DNA of 64,000 bases from Candidatus Eiseniibacteriota bacterium (GCA_963783375.1 CAWANH010000029.1:352001-416000), one strand, 5' to 3'. Shown: positions 49,759 through 59,964, counted from the stretch's first letter. Numbers and translations are program-made. The notes: generated by a model not told the origin, from the sequence alone.

Positions 49759-51224
49759 TGTGGGATCGTTCCGCGCTCGTGGATCTCGCCCGCCGGGGCC
49801 TCACCATCGGTCCCGGGGATCCGGGTTACGGCGCGTACCGCGGCGACGTGGTGCTGGAAGGCCGCCCCGACGCGGTGGCCCGGCCCAAGGACGAGACCGA
49901 GGTGAGGGCGATCCTGGCCGCCGCTTCGGGGGGCGGGGCGCCGGTCACCTTCGCGGGGGGACAGACCAGCCTTACCGGGGCCAGCGCGGCCGAGGAGGGG
50001 ATCCTCCTGGCCACCGAGAACCTGGACCGGCTCCTGGACATCGCGCCCGATCCCGAGACCGGGGGGATGACCGCCGTCGCGGAACCGGGGATCTTCCTGG
50101 GGGATTTCCAGCGGGCCCTGGAGCAGGAGGGCTGGCTCTACCCACCCGATCCCACCAGCCGGAACGAGGCGCGTCTCGGGGCCACCGTGGCCACGAACGC
50201 CACCGGGGAGGACACCCTCCTCTACGGGCCCACCCGCCGCTGGGTGCGCGCGCTTCGCGTGGTCACCGCGCCCGGTGAGATCCGGGAGCTTCGCCGCCCC
50301 CCCGGGAGTCGCCCCCCCGAGGAGAAGGCCACCGCGGGGTACTACGACGCCACGGACGAAATCGATCTCCTGATCGGAAGCGAGGGCACCCTGGCCGCGA
50401 TCACCCGGGTCACCGTGGACCTGATCCCGCTCCCCCCCGGCTACTTCGCCGGGCTGGCGTTCTTTCCCAGCCTGCTCGACGCGCTGACCTTCACCGTCGC
50501 CGCCCGCCGCGACCCCCGGCTCGTCCCCCGCTCCCTGGAACTCCTGGACCGCGGCTCCCTGGACCTGGTGGGGGAGAACCCGGAGGGAATCCGCTGGCCC
50601 GACGCCACCGGAGCGGCCATCGCCTTCAAGGCGGAGTACCGGGACGAGGCGGAGCGGGACCGGGCGCTGGTCGCCTGGCTCGACCTCCTGGAGACCCGTC
50701 TGGCCGCGGCGGGGGCGCCCGATCTCCTGGACCACGTGGTGGTGGCCGACGACCCGGCGGGACGGCACCGCCTCCGCGAGTTCCGCCATCGCGTTCCCGC
50801 CACCCTGAACGAGAAGGTGGCGGCCCTTCGGGAACAGGGAGGTGGGAAGGCGGGTAGCGACTGGTGGGTGCCCTACCCCCGGATCCCCGACTTCCTGGAA
50901 GGCTGGCGGCGCCGGCTGGTGGATAGCGGACTCGAGCTGATCATGTTCGGCCACATCGGAAACGGCCACCCGCACGTGAACTTCCTCCCCCGGACCGGCG
51001 AGGAGCGCGAGCGGGCGCGGAGCCTGATCCGGGAGATGTGCCGGGAAGCGGTGGCCCTGGGCGGTGGGGTGGCCGGGGAGCACGGTCTGGGAAAACTCAA
51101 GCGCGGGCTCCTGGCGGTCCAGTATCCCGAGGAACGGATCCGGGCCATGCGGGAGATCAAATCCCGGTGGGATCCGGACTGGATCCTCGGTCGCGGAAAC
51201 CTCTTCGAACCGGAGGCGGTGTGA
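49758..51224 (+). CDS. FAD-binding oxidoreductase (GlcD / D-lactate dehydrogenase family)
   Basis: AGGQTSLTGA, YPPDPTS, LGATVATNA, IGSEGTL, FGHIGNGHPH, GEHGLGKLK. Confidence 0.9.
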   Translation: MWDRSALVDLARRGLTIGPGDPGYGAYRGDVVLEGRPDAVARPKDETEVRAILAAASGGGAPVTFAGGQTSLTGASAAEEGILLATENLDRLLDIAPDPETGGMTAVAEPGIFLGDFQRALEQEGWLYPPDPTSRNEARLGATVATNATGEDTLLYGPTRRWVRALRVVTAPGEIRELRRPPGSRPPEEKATAGYYDATDEIDLLIGSEGTLAAITRVTVDLIPLPPGYFAGLAFFPSLLDALTFTVAARRDPRLVPRSLELLDRGSLDLVGENPEGIRWPDATGAAIAFKAEYRDEAERDRALVAWLDLLETRLAAAGAPDLLDHVVVADDPAGRHRLREFRHRVPATLNEKVAALREQGGGKAGSDWWVPYPRIPDFLEGWRRRLVDSGLELIMFGHIGNGHPHVNFLPRTGEERERARSLIREMCREAVALGGGVAGEHGLGKLKRGLLAVQYPEERIRAMREIKSRWDPDWILGRGNLFEPEAV

Positions 51225-54028
51225 CCTTCATCTCCAGGGCGACGGTATCCAGGCCCGCGCTGTTCGCGGCTCTCGGTCTCCTGATCGGGGGAGCGTGGCT
51301 CCCGTCTCCGGTCCGGGCCGACGACGCGGCGGACGCGCTGGTGGCGGAGTCGGGCGGGAAGTGGGCGGAGGCCGTCTCCCTCTGGCGCGGGGTGGTCCAG
51401 GGGGAAGCCGGGGCTCGCTCGCCCGAGACCCGTATGCACCTCCGCCGCTACCTGGGCGCCCTGGCCGCGGTGGGGGACTACGCGAAGCTCGACGTCGAGG
51501 CCCAGAACGCGCTCTCGCGCTTCCCCGGATGGGACGAGGCGGCCATCGCGCGGGCCCGGGCGCTCGAGGCGGTGGGACGGCCGGCCGACGGGGCCGAGCT
51601 CCTGAAGGATGCGGCCGCGGGTTCGTACCCCGCGGCGGTGGAGCGGGCGCGGCTTCTGGCGGTGACGGGAAAGCACGAGGCGGCGGAGTCGATCCTGAGC
51701 GACGTGGTCCATGCCTACTCGCCCTCGGAAGCCTACGATCCCCGCGAGCTCCTGGCCTTCGGCCGGGCGGCGGCGGCCCGGGGGGACTACCAGGGCGCGG
51801 CCCGGGTCATGCAGGTCGCCTACGAGGATTCCACCGACTACCTCGAGGCGCGGATCGCCCTCGCCACGCTGTTCCAGGAGAAGTACCAGGCCCGGCTCGC
51901 GGGGGACGAACTGGCGGCGGCGGGGAAGATCGCCCCGCGCCATCCCGACGTGCTCCTCTGCGCGGCCCGCTTGGCCGTCCTGAACCAGCAGCTTTCGCGG
52001 GCGGATGAAGGAGCGCGCCAGGTCCTGGCCATCCGGCCGGGTGACGCCGGGGCCTCGGCGGTTCTGGCCCGCATCCATCTCTGGGAGCTGAATCCCGAGG
52101 CGGCCATGGCCGCCCTCGAGGCTCCGCTCCAGGCGGATCCCACCGACCGGGAGCTCCGTTCCCTCGCCGCCGCGGCTTATTACCTCCAGGGGGACTCCAC
52201 CGCCTATCGCCGTGAAGTGAAGCGGGTCCTGGATCAGGACCCGGCCTACTACGACGTGTACATGGATCTGGGGGGCGCGCTGGAGGCCAACCGCCGGAAC
52301 TTCGAGGCGATCGGGATCTACCGGCGGGTGTTGGCTCTGGATCCCGGGAACCCCGCGGCCCTGATCGGCATCGGCCTTCTGTACATGCGGGAAGGGGACG
52401 AGACCTCCGCGCGGACCTACCTGGAGCAGGGGTTCGACGGGGATCCGTTCAACATCCGGGCCTACAACCAGCTCCAGCTCCTCGACAAGATGGACACCTT
52501 CGCGTCGGAACGGACCGCCCACTTCGACCTGCGGATCGACGACACGGACACCCTCCTGGCGCCGCTCCTCGAGAGTCGGCTGGATTCGATCTACGTCCAG
52601 CTCACCGGCCTCCACGGCTGGAAACCCCGGGTCCCCACGGTGGTGGAGGTCTTTCCCACCCACGAGTGGTTCAGTGCGCGGGTGACCGGTTTCCCCTGGG
52701 TGGAGGGGATCCCCGCGGTGTGCTTCGGGGACGTCATCGCCATGGACTCGCCGCGGACCCTGGCCGGCCACAGCAACTGGAACCAGATCCTCCGCCACGA
52801 GTTCGGCCACGTGCTCGCCCTGGGGATGACCGGCAAGAAGGTTCCCTTCTGGTTCACCGAAGGTCTCAGCGTCCATCTGGAGCAGTACCCGCGGGGCGAG
52901 GACTGGGACCAGAACCTGAGGGGGGCCTACGTGGACCGGGAGCTGGTGCCGGTCGACTCCCTCACCCTCGCCTTCACCCGCCCCAAGGCCTTCCGCCAGC
53001 GCCTTCTCGCCTATCACGAGGCCGGTCTCATCATCGACGACATCGTATCCACCAAGGGATGGGATTCGATACCGCGTCTCCTGAAGGCGTTCGGCGCGGG
53101 GAAGACGCTTGCCGAGGCGGTGAAGGACGTGCTCGGCGAGTCCTATGAGACGTTCTCCGCCCACGCCCTGGACGTGGTGCGGAAGGAGGCGGAATCCCTG
53201 GAGGTGTGGCCCGCCCCGAGCCGGGACCGCCTGGAGCGGCTGGAGGCGGAGGCCAAGGCGGGCCGGAGCGACCGGGAGCTCCTGGAGTCCCTGGCCCTGA
53301 CCCAACTCCAGCTCGGAAAGGACGACGACGCCGAAACGACGGCCAAGCAGCTGCTGGCCGCCGATCCCGGAAACGTGCGCGCCCTCGGAGTGCTCGGGTT
53401 GGCCGAGAAGGACCCCAAGCGGAAGAGCGATGCGCTCGCGCACCTGGAGGCGGCGGCGGCGGGGGACACCCGGGACGCACCGGTGTATCTCGCCCTGGCC
53501 TCCCTCCACCTGGCCGCCGGGGATACCGCCGCGGCGCTGGCCGACAACCAGAAGGCGCTGGACATCTATCCCCTGGCCCTGACCGCGCTCTCGGCCCGGG
53601 CCAAGCTCTTCGGGGCCCGGGGCGACACCGGGGCCGCGCGACAGGAATACGGGAAGCTCCTGTCCCGGACCGACCGGGCGGGGGACGGGGCGGTGGCCCT
53701 GGCCCGCCTGGAGCTGGCCGCGGACCGGCCCGAGGCGGCCTCGCGTGCCCTGGAGTACGCGGTGGACGTGGTTCCCCTGAACGCGGACGTGGAGGCGCTG
53801 CGCGGCCAGGCGTACCTTCTCCTGGGAGAGGACCGGAGGGCTTTCGATCTCTTCACCCGGGCCCGCAAGCTCGACATCCGCTCCGTGGAGTCCATGGTCG
53901 GCATGGCCCGCTACTACCTCAAACGGGGAGACTCCGAGGAGGCGGCCTATTTCGCCGAACTCGCGCTCAAGTACCAGCCCGATCACCCGGTGGCCAAACA
54001 GGTGCTGGCCAGCGCCCAGGCCTGGTAG
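51221..54028 (+). CDS. Secreted TPR protein with central peptidase MA-like (HExxH) domain
   Basis: Signal peptide; many TPRs; LRHEFGHV...VPFWFTEGLS gluzincin pattern. Confidence 0.82.
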   Translation: MTFISRATVSRPALFAALGLLIGGAWLPSPVRADDAADALVAESGGKWAEAVSLWRGVVQGEAGARSPETRMHLRRYLGALAAVGDYAKLDVEAQNALSRFPGWDEAAIARARALEAVGRPADGAELLKDAAAGSYPAAVERARLLAVTGKHEAAESILSDVVHAYSPSEAYDPRELLAFGRAAAARGDYQGAARVMQVAYEDSTDYLEARIALATLFQEKYQARLAGDELAAAGKIAPRHPDVLLCAARLAVLNQQLSRADEGARQVLAIRPGDAGASAVLARIHLWELNPEAAMAALEAPLQADPTDRELRSLAAAAYYLQGDSTAYRREVKRVLDQDPAYYDVYMDLGGALEANRRNFEAIGIYRRVLALDPGNPAALIGIGLLYMREGDETSARTYLEQGFDGDPFNIRAYNQLQLLDKMDTFASERTAHFDLRIDDTDTLLAPLLESRLDSIYVQLTGLHGWKPRVPTVVEVFPTHEWFSARVTGFPWVEGIPAVCFGDVIAMDSPRTLAGHSNWNQILRHEFGHVLALGMTGKKVPFWFTEGLSVHLEQYPRGEDWDQNLRGAYVDRELVPVDSLTLAFTRPKAFRQRLLAYHEAGLIIDDIVSTKGWDSIPRLLKAFGAGKTLAEAVKDVLGESYETFSAHALDVVRKEAESLEVWPAPSRDRLERLEAEAKAGRSDRELLESLALTQLQLGKDDDAETTAKQLLAADPGNVRALGVLGLAEKDPKRKSDALAHLEAAAAGDTRDAPVYLALASLHLAAGDTAAALADNQKALDIYPLALTALSARAKLFGARGDTGAARQEYGKLLSRTDRAGDGAVALARLELAADRPEAASRALEYAVDVVPLNADVEALRGQAYLLLGEDRRAFDLFTRARKLDIRSVESMVGMARYYLKRGDSEEAAYFAELALKYQPDHPVAKQVLASAQAW

Positions 54029-54082
54029 GGCGGACGGAACGATCGAGGCGCGCCGGACGCCCGGGCCGGTGACCCGCCGGGG

Positions 54083-56551
54083 TCAGCCGGTGGGCGGGCC
54101 CGCCCAGGGAAAGTAACCGCGCGCGGCCTCGCTCAGCGCGGCCAGGCGATCCTGGACCTTGCGAAAGAGGGTCCCGTGGGGGAAGCGACCCTCGGCGTCC
54201 GACTCTCCGGCGGCCAGCCCGGTCAACAGCTCCACCCCGTCCTCCACCCGGGACACCGCGTACACGTGGAACTTCTGGTCCCGCACCGCCTGCACCACCT
54301 GGGGGCGGAGCATCAGGTGGGGGAGATTGTGGGTGGGGATGAGAACGCCCTGTTCCCCGGTGAGCCCGCGAGCCGCACACAGCTTGAAGAAACCCTCGAT
54401 CTTCTCGTTCACCCCGCCCACCGCCTGCACCTGGCCTTTCTGGTTCATGGATCCGGTGACCGCCAGGTCCTGCCGGAGACCGACCCCGGCGAGAGCGGAG
54501 AGCAGCGCGTAGATCTCGGCGGTGGTGGCGCTGTCGCCGTCCACCTCGTCGTAGGACTGCTCCAGGGTGATGCTGGCCGACAGGGCGAGGGGACGGTCGA
54601 CGGCGAAGGTCTCCTGGAGGAAACCGGACAGGATCAGGAGTCCCTTGTCGTGGTAGCGGCCGGAGAGGTTGGCCAGGCGCTCGATGTTCACGAGCCCGCT
54701 GGTCCCCGCAGCCACGCTGGCGGTGATGCGGGAGGGACGCCCAAAACGGTGGTCGCCGGTGTCGAGTACGGCCAGACCGTTGATCTGCCCCTGGGTCGTC
54801 CCCTCGGTCTCGATCAGGAGGACGTCCTCGCGGATCAGCCGCTGGGTCTTCTCCTCGGTGAGGTTCACCCGGGCGCGGCGCTCCTCGATGGCCCGATGGA
54901 CGTCTTCGGCGGTGATCCGCCCGCGGTGGCGCCGGCCGGCCCAGAAGGCGGCCTCGCGCACCAGGTCCGCCACCTGGGAGAAGCGGGTGGTGATCCGGCT
55001 CCGGTGTCCGGCCAGGCGCACCGCGTACTCCACCACCGCGGCCACGCCGTCGGAGGTGAAAGGGGGAAGCCCGTCCTCGTCGCAGATGCCGCGCACCATG
55101 CAGGCGTACTCGGTGATGGCCTGGGGTCCCAGCTCCATCTCGGTGTCGAACTCCGCCTTCACCTTGAACAGCTTGGGGAAGTCCGAGTCCACCGAGAGCA
55201 GGTCCTGGTATAGGTCGATGGTGCCGATCAGGATCACCTTCACGTCCACCGGCACCGGCTCGGGCCGAAGCGCCCGGAGCGCCGGGGCCGAAATCCCGTC
55301 CTCGGACTCGATCTGCACGCTCCCGGTGCGGAGCGCGCGCTTGATCACCCCCCAGCTCCGGCCCTCGCCGTCGAAGTCGTCGGCGTGGAGCACCAGGAAG
55401 CCGCCGTGGGCCTGGATCAACGAGCCGGCCTTGATGTGGGTGAAGTCCGAGATCAGCATGCCGTCCCGGCGCATCTCGCGATCCACCGTTCCGCGGAGGT
55501 TGGCCACGCTGGGGTTGTTCTCGTAGACCACCGGCCGGCCCTCGAGATCGGCGTTGTCGAGGATGAGGTTGACCCTGAGCTTCCGCAGGGTCTCCTCGGT
55601 CTGGCCGGCCTCGGACCGGCCTTCGACCGCGTCCTCACCGGCCTCCTCGTCCCCCTCCTCGGCGGTGTCCCGGAAGAGCGCCATCCGCGACTCCAGGTGG
55701 GTCTCCACCTCCCGCAGGTAGTCCACCACCCCGGAGATCTCCCCGAACTCGCGATAGACCCCGGAGAGCACCAGGTTCAGGTAGGGGCGGGCCATCTGAC
55801 GGTCGAGGTTCCTGAGGTCCACTTCCGCTTCCCGCGAGAGCCGGTTGGCTCCCTCGCTGAAGGTCTGGAGATCCACCGCCAGCCCGGCCCGGATCTGGAT
55901 CAGGCGCTCCATTTCCTCCCGGGGGAAACCCTCCTCCTCGACCTTGACCTCGAGATCCTCGAAGGCCACCGGCTCCCCATCCAACAGGGGCAGGAGGTCG
56001 GCTTCGGCATGGTCTCCCATCTCCAGCTCCACCAGCACCAGGCCCGCGGGTTCCGCCTTCTCCTTGAGCGGCGCGGCCAGATCCCGCATGCGCTGGGCGA
56101 AGCGCTTCATGCGGGCCTTGCGCCGCTTGGCGTAGACCTCGCTCTGGAAGATGCGGGGGATGCCGTCCCTGAGGCGCTGCACCGCGGTGATCATGGCGTC
56201 GCGGAAGGCGCGTCCCGTTGCGGCGGGCAACCGGATCAGCCGGGGCTTGTCGGGATCGCGGAAGTTGTTGACGTAGCAGAGATCATCGGCGGAGAAACGC
56301 GGATCGTCGAAGTGGTCGAGCAGGTGGCTCACGGTTTCCGAGCGATTGGTGCCGGGGTCGCCGGCCACGAATACGTTGTAGCCGTGGCCCCGGAGCGCGA
56401 GCCCCAGCTCCAGCGCGCGCACCGCCCGGTGCTGGCCGGGGGTGATGGTGGCGGCGGTCACTTCGTCGGTGGTTTCGAATCCGAGGTCGGCGGCGTCCAG
56501 GGACCAGCGCAACCGTTCGGGGGGGACGCGCAGGCGATCGACCGTGTTCAT
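54083..56551 (-). CDS. Lon-like (LonB/LonC, YcbZ-type) AAA+ protease
   Basis: GQHRAVRAL, IKAGSLIQAHGGFL, GQINGLAV, EQSYDEVDGDSA (Ser), TGSMNQKG..VGGVNEKIEGFF (Lys). Confidence 0.9.
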   Translation of the reverse strand: MNTVDRLRVPPERLRWSLDAADLGFETTDEVTAATITPGQHRAVRALELGLALRGHGYNVFVAGDPGTNRSETVSHLLDHFDDPRFSADDLCYVNNFRDPDKPRLIRLPAATGRAFRDAMITAVQRLRDGIPRIFQSEVYAKRRKARMKRFAQRMRDLAAPLKEKAEPAGLVLVELEMGDHAEADLLPLLDGEPVAFEDLEVKVEEEGFPREEMERLIQIRAGLAVDLQTFSEGANRLSREAEVDLRNLDRQMARPYLNLVLSGVYREFGEISGVVDYLREVETHLESRMALFRDTAEEGDEEAGEDAVEGRSEAGQTEETLRKLRVNLILDNADLEGRPVVYENNPSVANLRGTVDREMRRDGMLISDFTHIKAGSLIQAHGGFLVLHADDFDGEGRSWGVIKRALRTGSVQIESEDGISAPALRALRPEPVPVDVKVILIGTIDLYQDLLSVDSDFPKLFKVKAEFDTEMELGPQAITEYACMVRGICDEDGLPPFTSDGVAAVVEYAVRLAGHRSRITTRFSQVADLVREAAFWAGRRHRGRITAEDVHRAIEERRARVNLTEEKTQRLIREDVLLIETEGTTQGQINGLAVLDTGDHRFGRPSRITASVAAGTSGLVNIERLANLSGRYHDKGLLILSGFLQETFAVDRPLALSASITLEQSYDEVDGDSATTAEIYALLSALAGVGLRQDLAVTGSMNQKGQVQAVGGVNEKIEGFFKLCAARGLTGEQGVLIPTHNLPHLMLRPQVVQAVRDQKFHVYAVSRVEDGVELLTGLAAGESDAEGRFPHGTLFRKVQDRLAALSEAARGYFPWAGPPTG

Positions 56552-56742
56552 CCTTGCTCCTTCCGCACGCGCGCAACGCGGCGTCCGAGGCCGCGGCGCT
56601 TGGGTCCTGTGAACCGGCGCGTTCGCCGGGTTATAGTCCTGGGCGCCCGGCCGGAACCGCGAGAGCATAGCAGCCCGTCGGAAAACCGGCTCGGGCCCCG
56701 ACGGGCCGCGGGGGGCGGCCGGATCACCCGGGGAGGATCGAC

Positions 56743-56865
56743 ATGCCTTGGACGACGTTGGCGGTCGTTTTCGGTTCCTGGTTCCTTCTGCTCGGTCTCG
56801 TCCTCCTCTACTACTTCATTTGGAGTCGCGGGCGGGACTACGGCGATGGAGAGGACGGGAAGTGA
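56743..56865 (+). CDS. Small single-TM symporter accessory protein (40 aa)
   Basis: RBS GGGAGG; MPWTTLAVVFGSWFLLLGLVLLYYFIWSRGRDYGDGEDGK*; stop overlaps the symporter GTG start; absent from the ORF track. Confidence 0.72.
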   Translation: MPWTTLAVVFGSWFLLLGLVLLYYFIWSRGRDYGDGEDGK

Positions 56866-58322
56866 CCGCGGGGACCGAGTGGGCTCTCTTCCTCGGGTTC
56901 GGTCTCTACCTCGCGCTCATGCTGGTGGTGGGAGCGGTGACGGTGCGCTACATGCGCTCCCTCGACGACTTCGTGCTGGGAGGGCGGCGGCTGGGTCCGT
57001 GGGTGGCCGCGATCAGCGAGCGGGCGAGCGGGGAGAGCGCGTGGTTCCTGCTCGGGCTACCCGGGGCCACCTACGCCCTGGGGTTCTCGGAGTTCTGGTC
57101 GGTGATCGGCATCGGGTTCGGGATTCTCTGCTCCTGGTCCTTCATCGCCGTGGGTCTGCGGGGAGCCACCGGCCGGGCCGGCGCGCTCACCATCCCGGAC
57201 TTCCTGGCCGCCCGGTTTCCCGGGCGGGGCGCCGCGATCCGTGCCCTGGCCACGGTGATCATCCTCTTCTTCTACACCACCTACCTGGGAGCCCAGTTCG
57301 TGGGGGCGGGAAAGATCCTGAACGCCACCTTCGGCATGTCCTACGCCTGGGGGATGGTGCTGGGGGCGGTGGTGGTCCTGGCCTACACCATCATGGGCGG
57401 GTTCCTGGCCGTGGCCTGGACCGACCTCTTCCAGGGCCTGCTCATGGCCGCGGTGGCGGTGCTCCTCCCCGTCCTCGCCTTCGCCCGCCTGGGGGGATGG
57501 GACGGGTTCGTTTCCTCCCTGGCCGTGCGCGGTCCCGACTTCCTGGCCATCGACGCCGGGAAAACCGGTCACGCGTTCGTCTTCGGGGTCGTGGTGGGCG
57601 GGCTCTCCTGGGGCTTCGGCTATTTCGGGCAGCCCCATCTCCTCACCCGCTACATGGCCATCCGCAAGCCCCGCGATCTCCGGCACGGGACCCTGATCGC
57701 CATGTCCTGGGTGCTGGTCGCCTACTGGGGGGCGGCGTTCATCGGGCTCATGGGGGTGGGGATCCTGGGGCCGGACCTCGCCGACCCCGAGCAGGTCATG
57801 CCGCTTCTGGCCCGGGCCCTGGTCCCCCCCTGGATTGCCGGCATGCTCATCTCGGGGGCGGTCGCGGCCATGATGTCCACCGCGGACAGCCAGCTTCTGG
57901 TGGCGACCTCGAGCCTGACCGAGGACGTCTACGTCAAGATGATCCGGCGGGGGCGACCTCCCGACCGGCCGGAGTTCCTGGTGTTCCTGGGGCGGGCGGC
58001 CACCCTCATCATCACCGCCGTGGCCCTCGTTCTGGCCTTCACCAACCGGGAGCTCATCTTCGACATGGTGGCCTACGCCTGGTCGGGCCTGGGCTCCTCC
58101 TTCGGCCCGGTGATCCTGCTCGCCCTGTGGTGGAAACGCATGACCCGGGGGGGGGCGCTGGGGGGCATGATCGTGGGCATGGTGAGTACCGTACTGTGGC
58201 AACAAAGCGTTACCCTTCAGGGGATCCTCGACATCAAGGCCGCCTCGTTCCTGCTTTCGATGGCGGCGGTGGTGGTGTTGAGCCTTTCGGGCGTGGGGGC
58301 CCGGGTGAGGAAGTCGTCATGA
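56862..58322 (+). CDS. putP: Sodium/proline symporter (SSS family)
   Basis: DFVLGGRRLGPWVAAIS, WFLLGLPG, GGFLAVAWTD, WGFGYFGQPHLL.RYMAI, MSTADSQLL, AWSGLGSSFGP. Confidence 0.88.
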   Translation: MTAGTEWALFLGFGLYLALMLVVGAVTVRYMRSLDDFVLGGRRLGPWVAAISERASGESAWFLLGLPGATYALGFSEFWSVIGIGFGILCSWSFIAVGLRGATGRAGALTIPDFLAARFPGRGAAIRALATVIILFFYTTYLGAQFVGAGKILNATFGMSYAWGMVLGAVVVLAYTIMGGFLAVAWTDLFQGLLMAAVAVLLPVLAFARLGGWDGFVSSLAVRGPDFLAIDAGKTGHAFVFGVVVGGLSWGFGYFGQPHLLTRYMAIRKPRDLRHGTLIAMSWVLVAYWGAAFIGLMGVGILGPDLADPEQVMPLLARALVPPWIAGMLISGAVAAMMSTADSQLLVATSSLTEDVYVKMIRRGRPPDRPEFLVFLGRAATLIITAVALVLAFTNRELIFDMVAYAWSGLGSSFGPVILLALWWKRMTRGGALGGMIVGMVSTVLWQQSVTLQGILDIKAASFLLSMAAVVVLSLSGVGARVRKSS

Positions 58323-59206
58323 ATCTCTTCTCGCGAATCGGCGCCTACCTGAGCGGAGGACCCGCCGACGAATCGGTGCTCCGCTACGCCGGCGAGCTGG
58401 CGCGGCTGGGCGGAAGCGAACACATCTTCGTCACCGGGATCTCCGAGGAAGCCCCCCGGCAGGGGAGCTGGCAGAGCTTCGACGCCCGGGTCCGGGAGGT
58501 GCTGGCCCGGGAGGCCGACGGCGCCGGCGCGGACATCGCCGCGGTGGACGAGCGGGAGGAGCCCGACCTCGACGACATCCTGCGCTCCACCCGGGAGCAC
58601 GAGCTGGATCTCCTCATCATGGGCCGGAGGATCCCTTCCCATCAGCTCGCGCGGGCCACCCTGTTTCCCAAGCTCCTCCGCAAGTGCCCGTGCAGCGTGC
58701 TCCTGGTGACCCGGCACGGCCGCCCCGACTTCCGGAAGACGCTGGTCCCCACCGATTTCTCCGAACACTCGCGGATGGCGGTGGCCGCCGCCCTGGCCCT
58801 GACCGAGGCGTCGGCGCCGGGGAAGGGGGAGGTGCTGTGCCACCACATCTTCGAGGTTCCCTACGGGTTCGCCTACGCAGGGGTGAGCCGGGAGGAGTAC
58901 GCGGAGGAACAGCGGAAACACGCCGAGGAGGAGTTCGCCCGGTTTCTGGCCGCGGAGAAGTTCGAGGCCGCACGGGTTCGCTGCGAGTACACCCCGGCCG
59001 AGCACGTCCCTCTGGCGGTGAGCGAGATGGCCCTGGCCGAACGGGTGGACCTGGTGGCGGTGGGGAGCCGGGGCCGGACCACGGCCGGCGCCCTGTTTCT
59101 GGGAAGCACGGCGGAGAAACTGGTCGGGGTGTGCGCGGCGGCGCTCCTGGTGGTGAAGGAGAAGGGGGAGACCGTGGGTCTCCTCAAGGCGATCTTCTCC
59201 CGCTGA
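58319..59206 (+). CDS. Universal stress protein, tandem USP domains
   Basis: DLLIMG, LLRKCPCSVLLV, VPTDFSEHS, DLVAVGSRG...LGSTAEKL. Confidence 0.88.
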   Translation: MNLFSRIGAYLSGGPADESVLRYAGELARLGGSEHIFVTGISEEAPRQGSWQSFDARVREVLAREADGAGADIAAVDEREEPDLDDILRSTREHELDLLIMGRRIPSHQLARATLFPKLLRKCPCSVLLVTRHGRPDFRKTLVPTDFSEHSRMAVAAALALTEASAPGKGEVLCHHIFEVPYGFAYAGVSREEYAEEQRKHAEEEFARFLAAEKFEAARVRCEYTPAEHVPLAVSEMALAERVDLVAVGSRGRTTAGALFLGSTAEKLVGVCAAALLVVKEKGETVGLLKAIFSR

Positions 59207-59232
59207 GGGGAGGCGGACGATGGGAAGGTAGG

Positions 59233-59319
59233 TGGTGCCGGAGGCCGGACTCGAACCGGCATGTCCTTGCGAACGGGGGATTTTGAGTCCCCTGCGTCTG
59301 CCAATTTCGCCACTCCGGC
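59233..59319 (-). tRNA. tRNA-Leu(CAA)
   Basis: Reverse complement GCCGGAGTGGCGAAATTGGCAGACGCAGGGGA-CTCAAAA-TCCCC...GGTTCGAGTCC...GGCACCA; long variable arm; upstream TTGACA-17-GACAAT. Confidence 0.96.
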
Positions 59320-59436
59320 GCCGGGTCGGCTCGCACCCGGGAGGAAATCACGTGGGCCCGGGGGGACCGAATTGTCGAGGTCGGCGCCCGGGTTGTCAAC
59401 ACGTCCGGACCGGGCGTGGCGATCCGGCGGGCACTC

Positions 59437-59452
59437 CGGCACGCCCCTTGCT
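59437..59452 (+). promoter_or_regulatory. Putative sigma54 (-24/-12) promoter
   Basis: CGGCACGCCCCTTGCT matches YGGCACG-N4-TTGCW with GG-N10-GC spacing. Confidence 0.6.
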
Positions 59453-59520
59453 GTTGAATGGCCCGAGGCCCCGCGGGTCCCGACATGGGGTCGGGCCCAG
59501 GGTGCGGGTCGACATTGCCT

Positions 59521-59679
59521 ATGCCAGTGATTCCCGCCGACTACACTGAACTGGACGCTTCCGACGACCCGGGGTCAATCGTCGACCCCGCATGGACATC
59601 CGAAGCCGGGGCGGAGCCCCCGCGAGAGGATCCCGTCCTGCTCGCCCTCGACGGGATCTCGGTCTGGCTGGTGGACTGA
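59521..59679 (+). CDS. Small acidic hypothetical protein (52 aa; alternative ATG at 59485)
   Basis: MPVIPADYTELDASDDPG...EDPVLLALDGISVWLVD*; GC3-rich 3' half; lies downstream of the sigma54-like site; RBS weak. Confidence 0.4.
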   Translation: MPVIPADYTELDASDDPGSIVDPAWTSEAGAEPPREDPVLLALDGISVWLVD

Positions 59680-59942
59680 GCCTGCCGATTGGAGAAATCG
59701 GATACCGAGGTACCGGGGAGCGTGGTGCCGGTCCCGGTAACCTTGGTTCCGTCTTGCCGGCCTGGAAGGCCCTTTCCCGGTTCCGGTGGAGTACTCCCAG
59801 GATTCGAGCATTCGCGCCACGTTCGACCGATCAACCACGGCGACTACGAAGAATCTTTCAAGTCCCGGCTGACCCGTCCGGCGGCCGTTCGGCTCGCTCG
59901 ATCGCCCGTTCGTTCCCCCTCCGATGTCGAACCCCAAGATGA

Positions 59943-59964
59943 AGGGTGGCCCGAAGGCCACCCT
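59943..59964. terminator. Strong hairpin between convergent units
   Basis: AGGGTGGCC-CGAA-GGCCACCCT; no clear U-tract. Confidence 0.5.

Noticed and set aside
59233-59319. tRNA-Leu as an integration site for a genomic island
   Set aside because: No integrase, no duplicated tRNA 3' end and no compositional shift seen next to it
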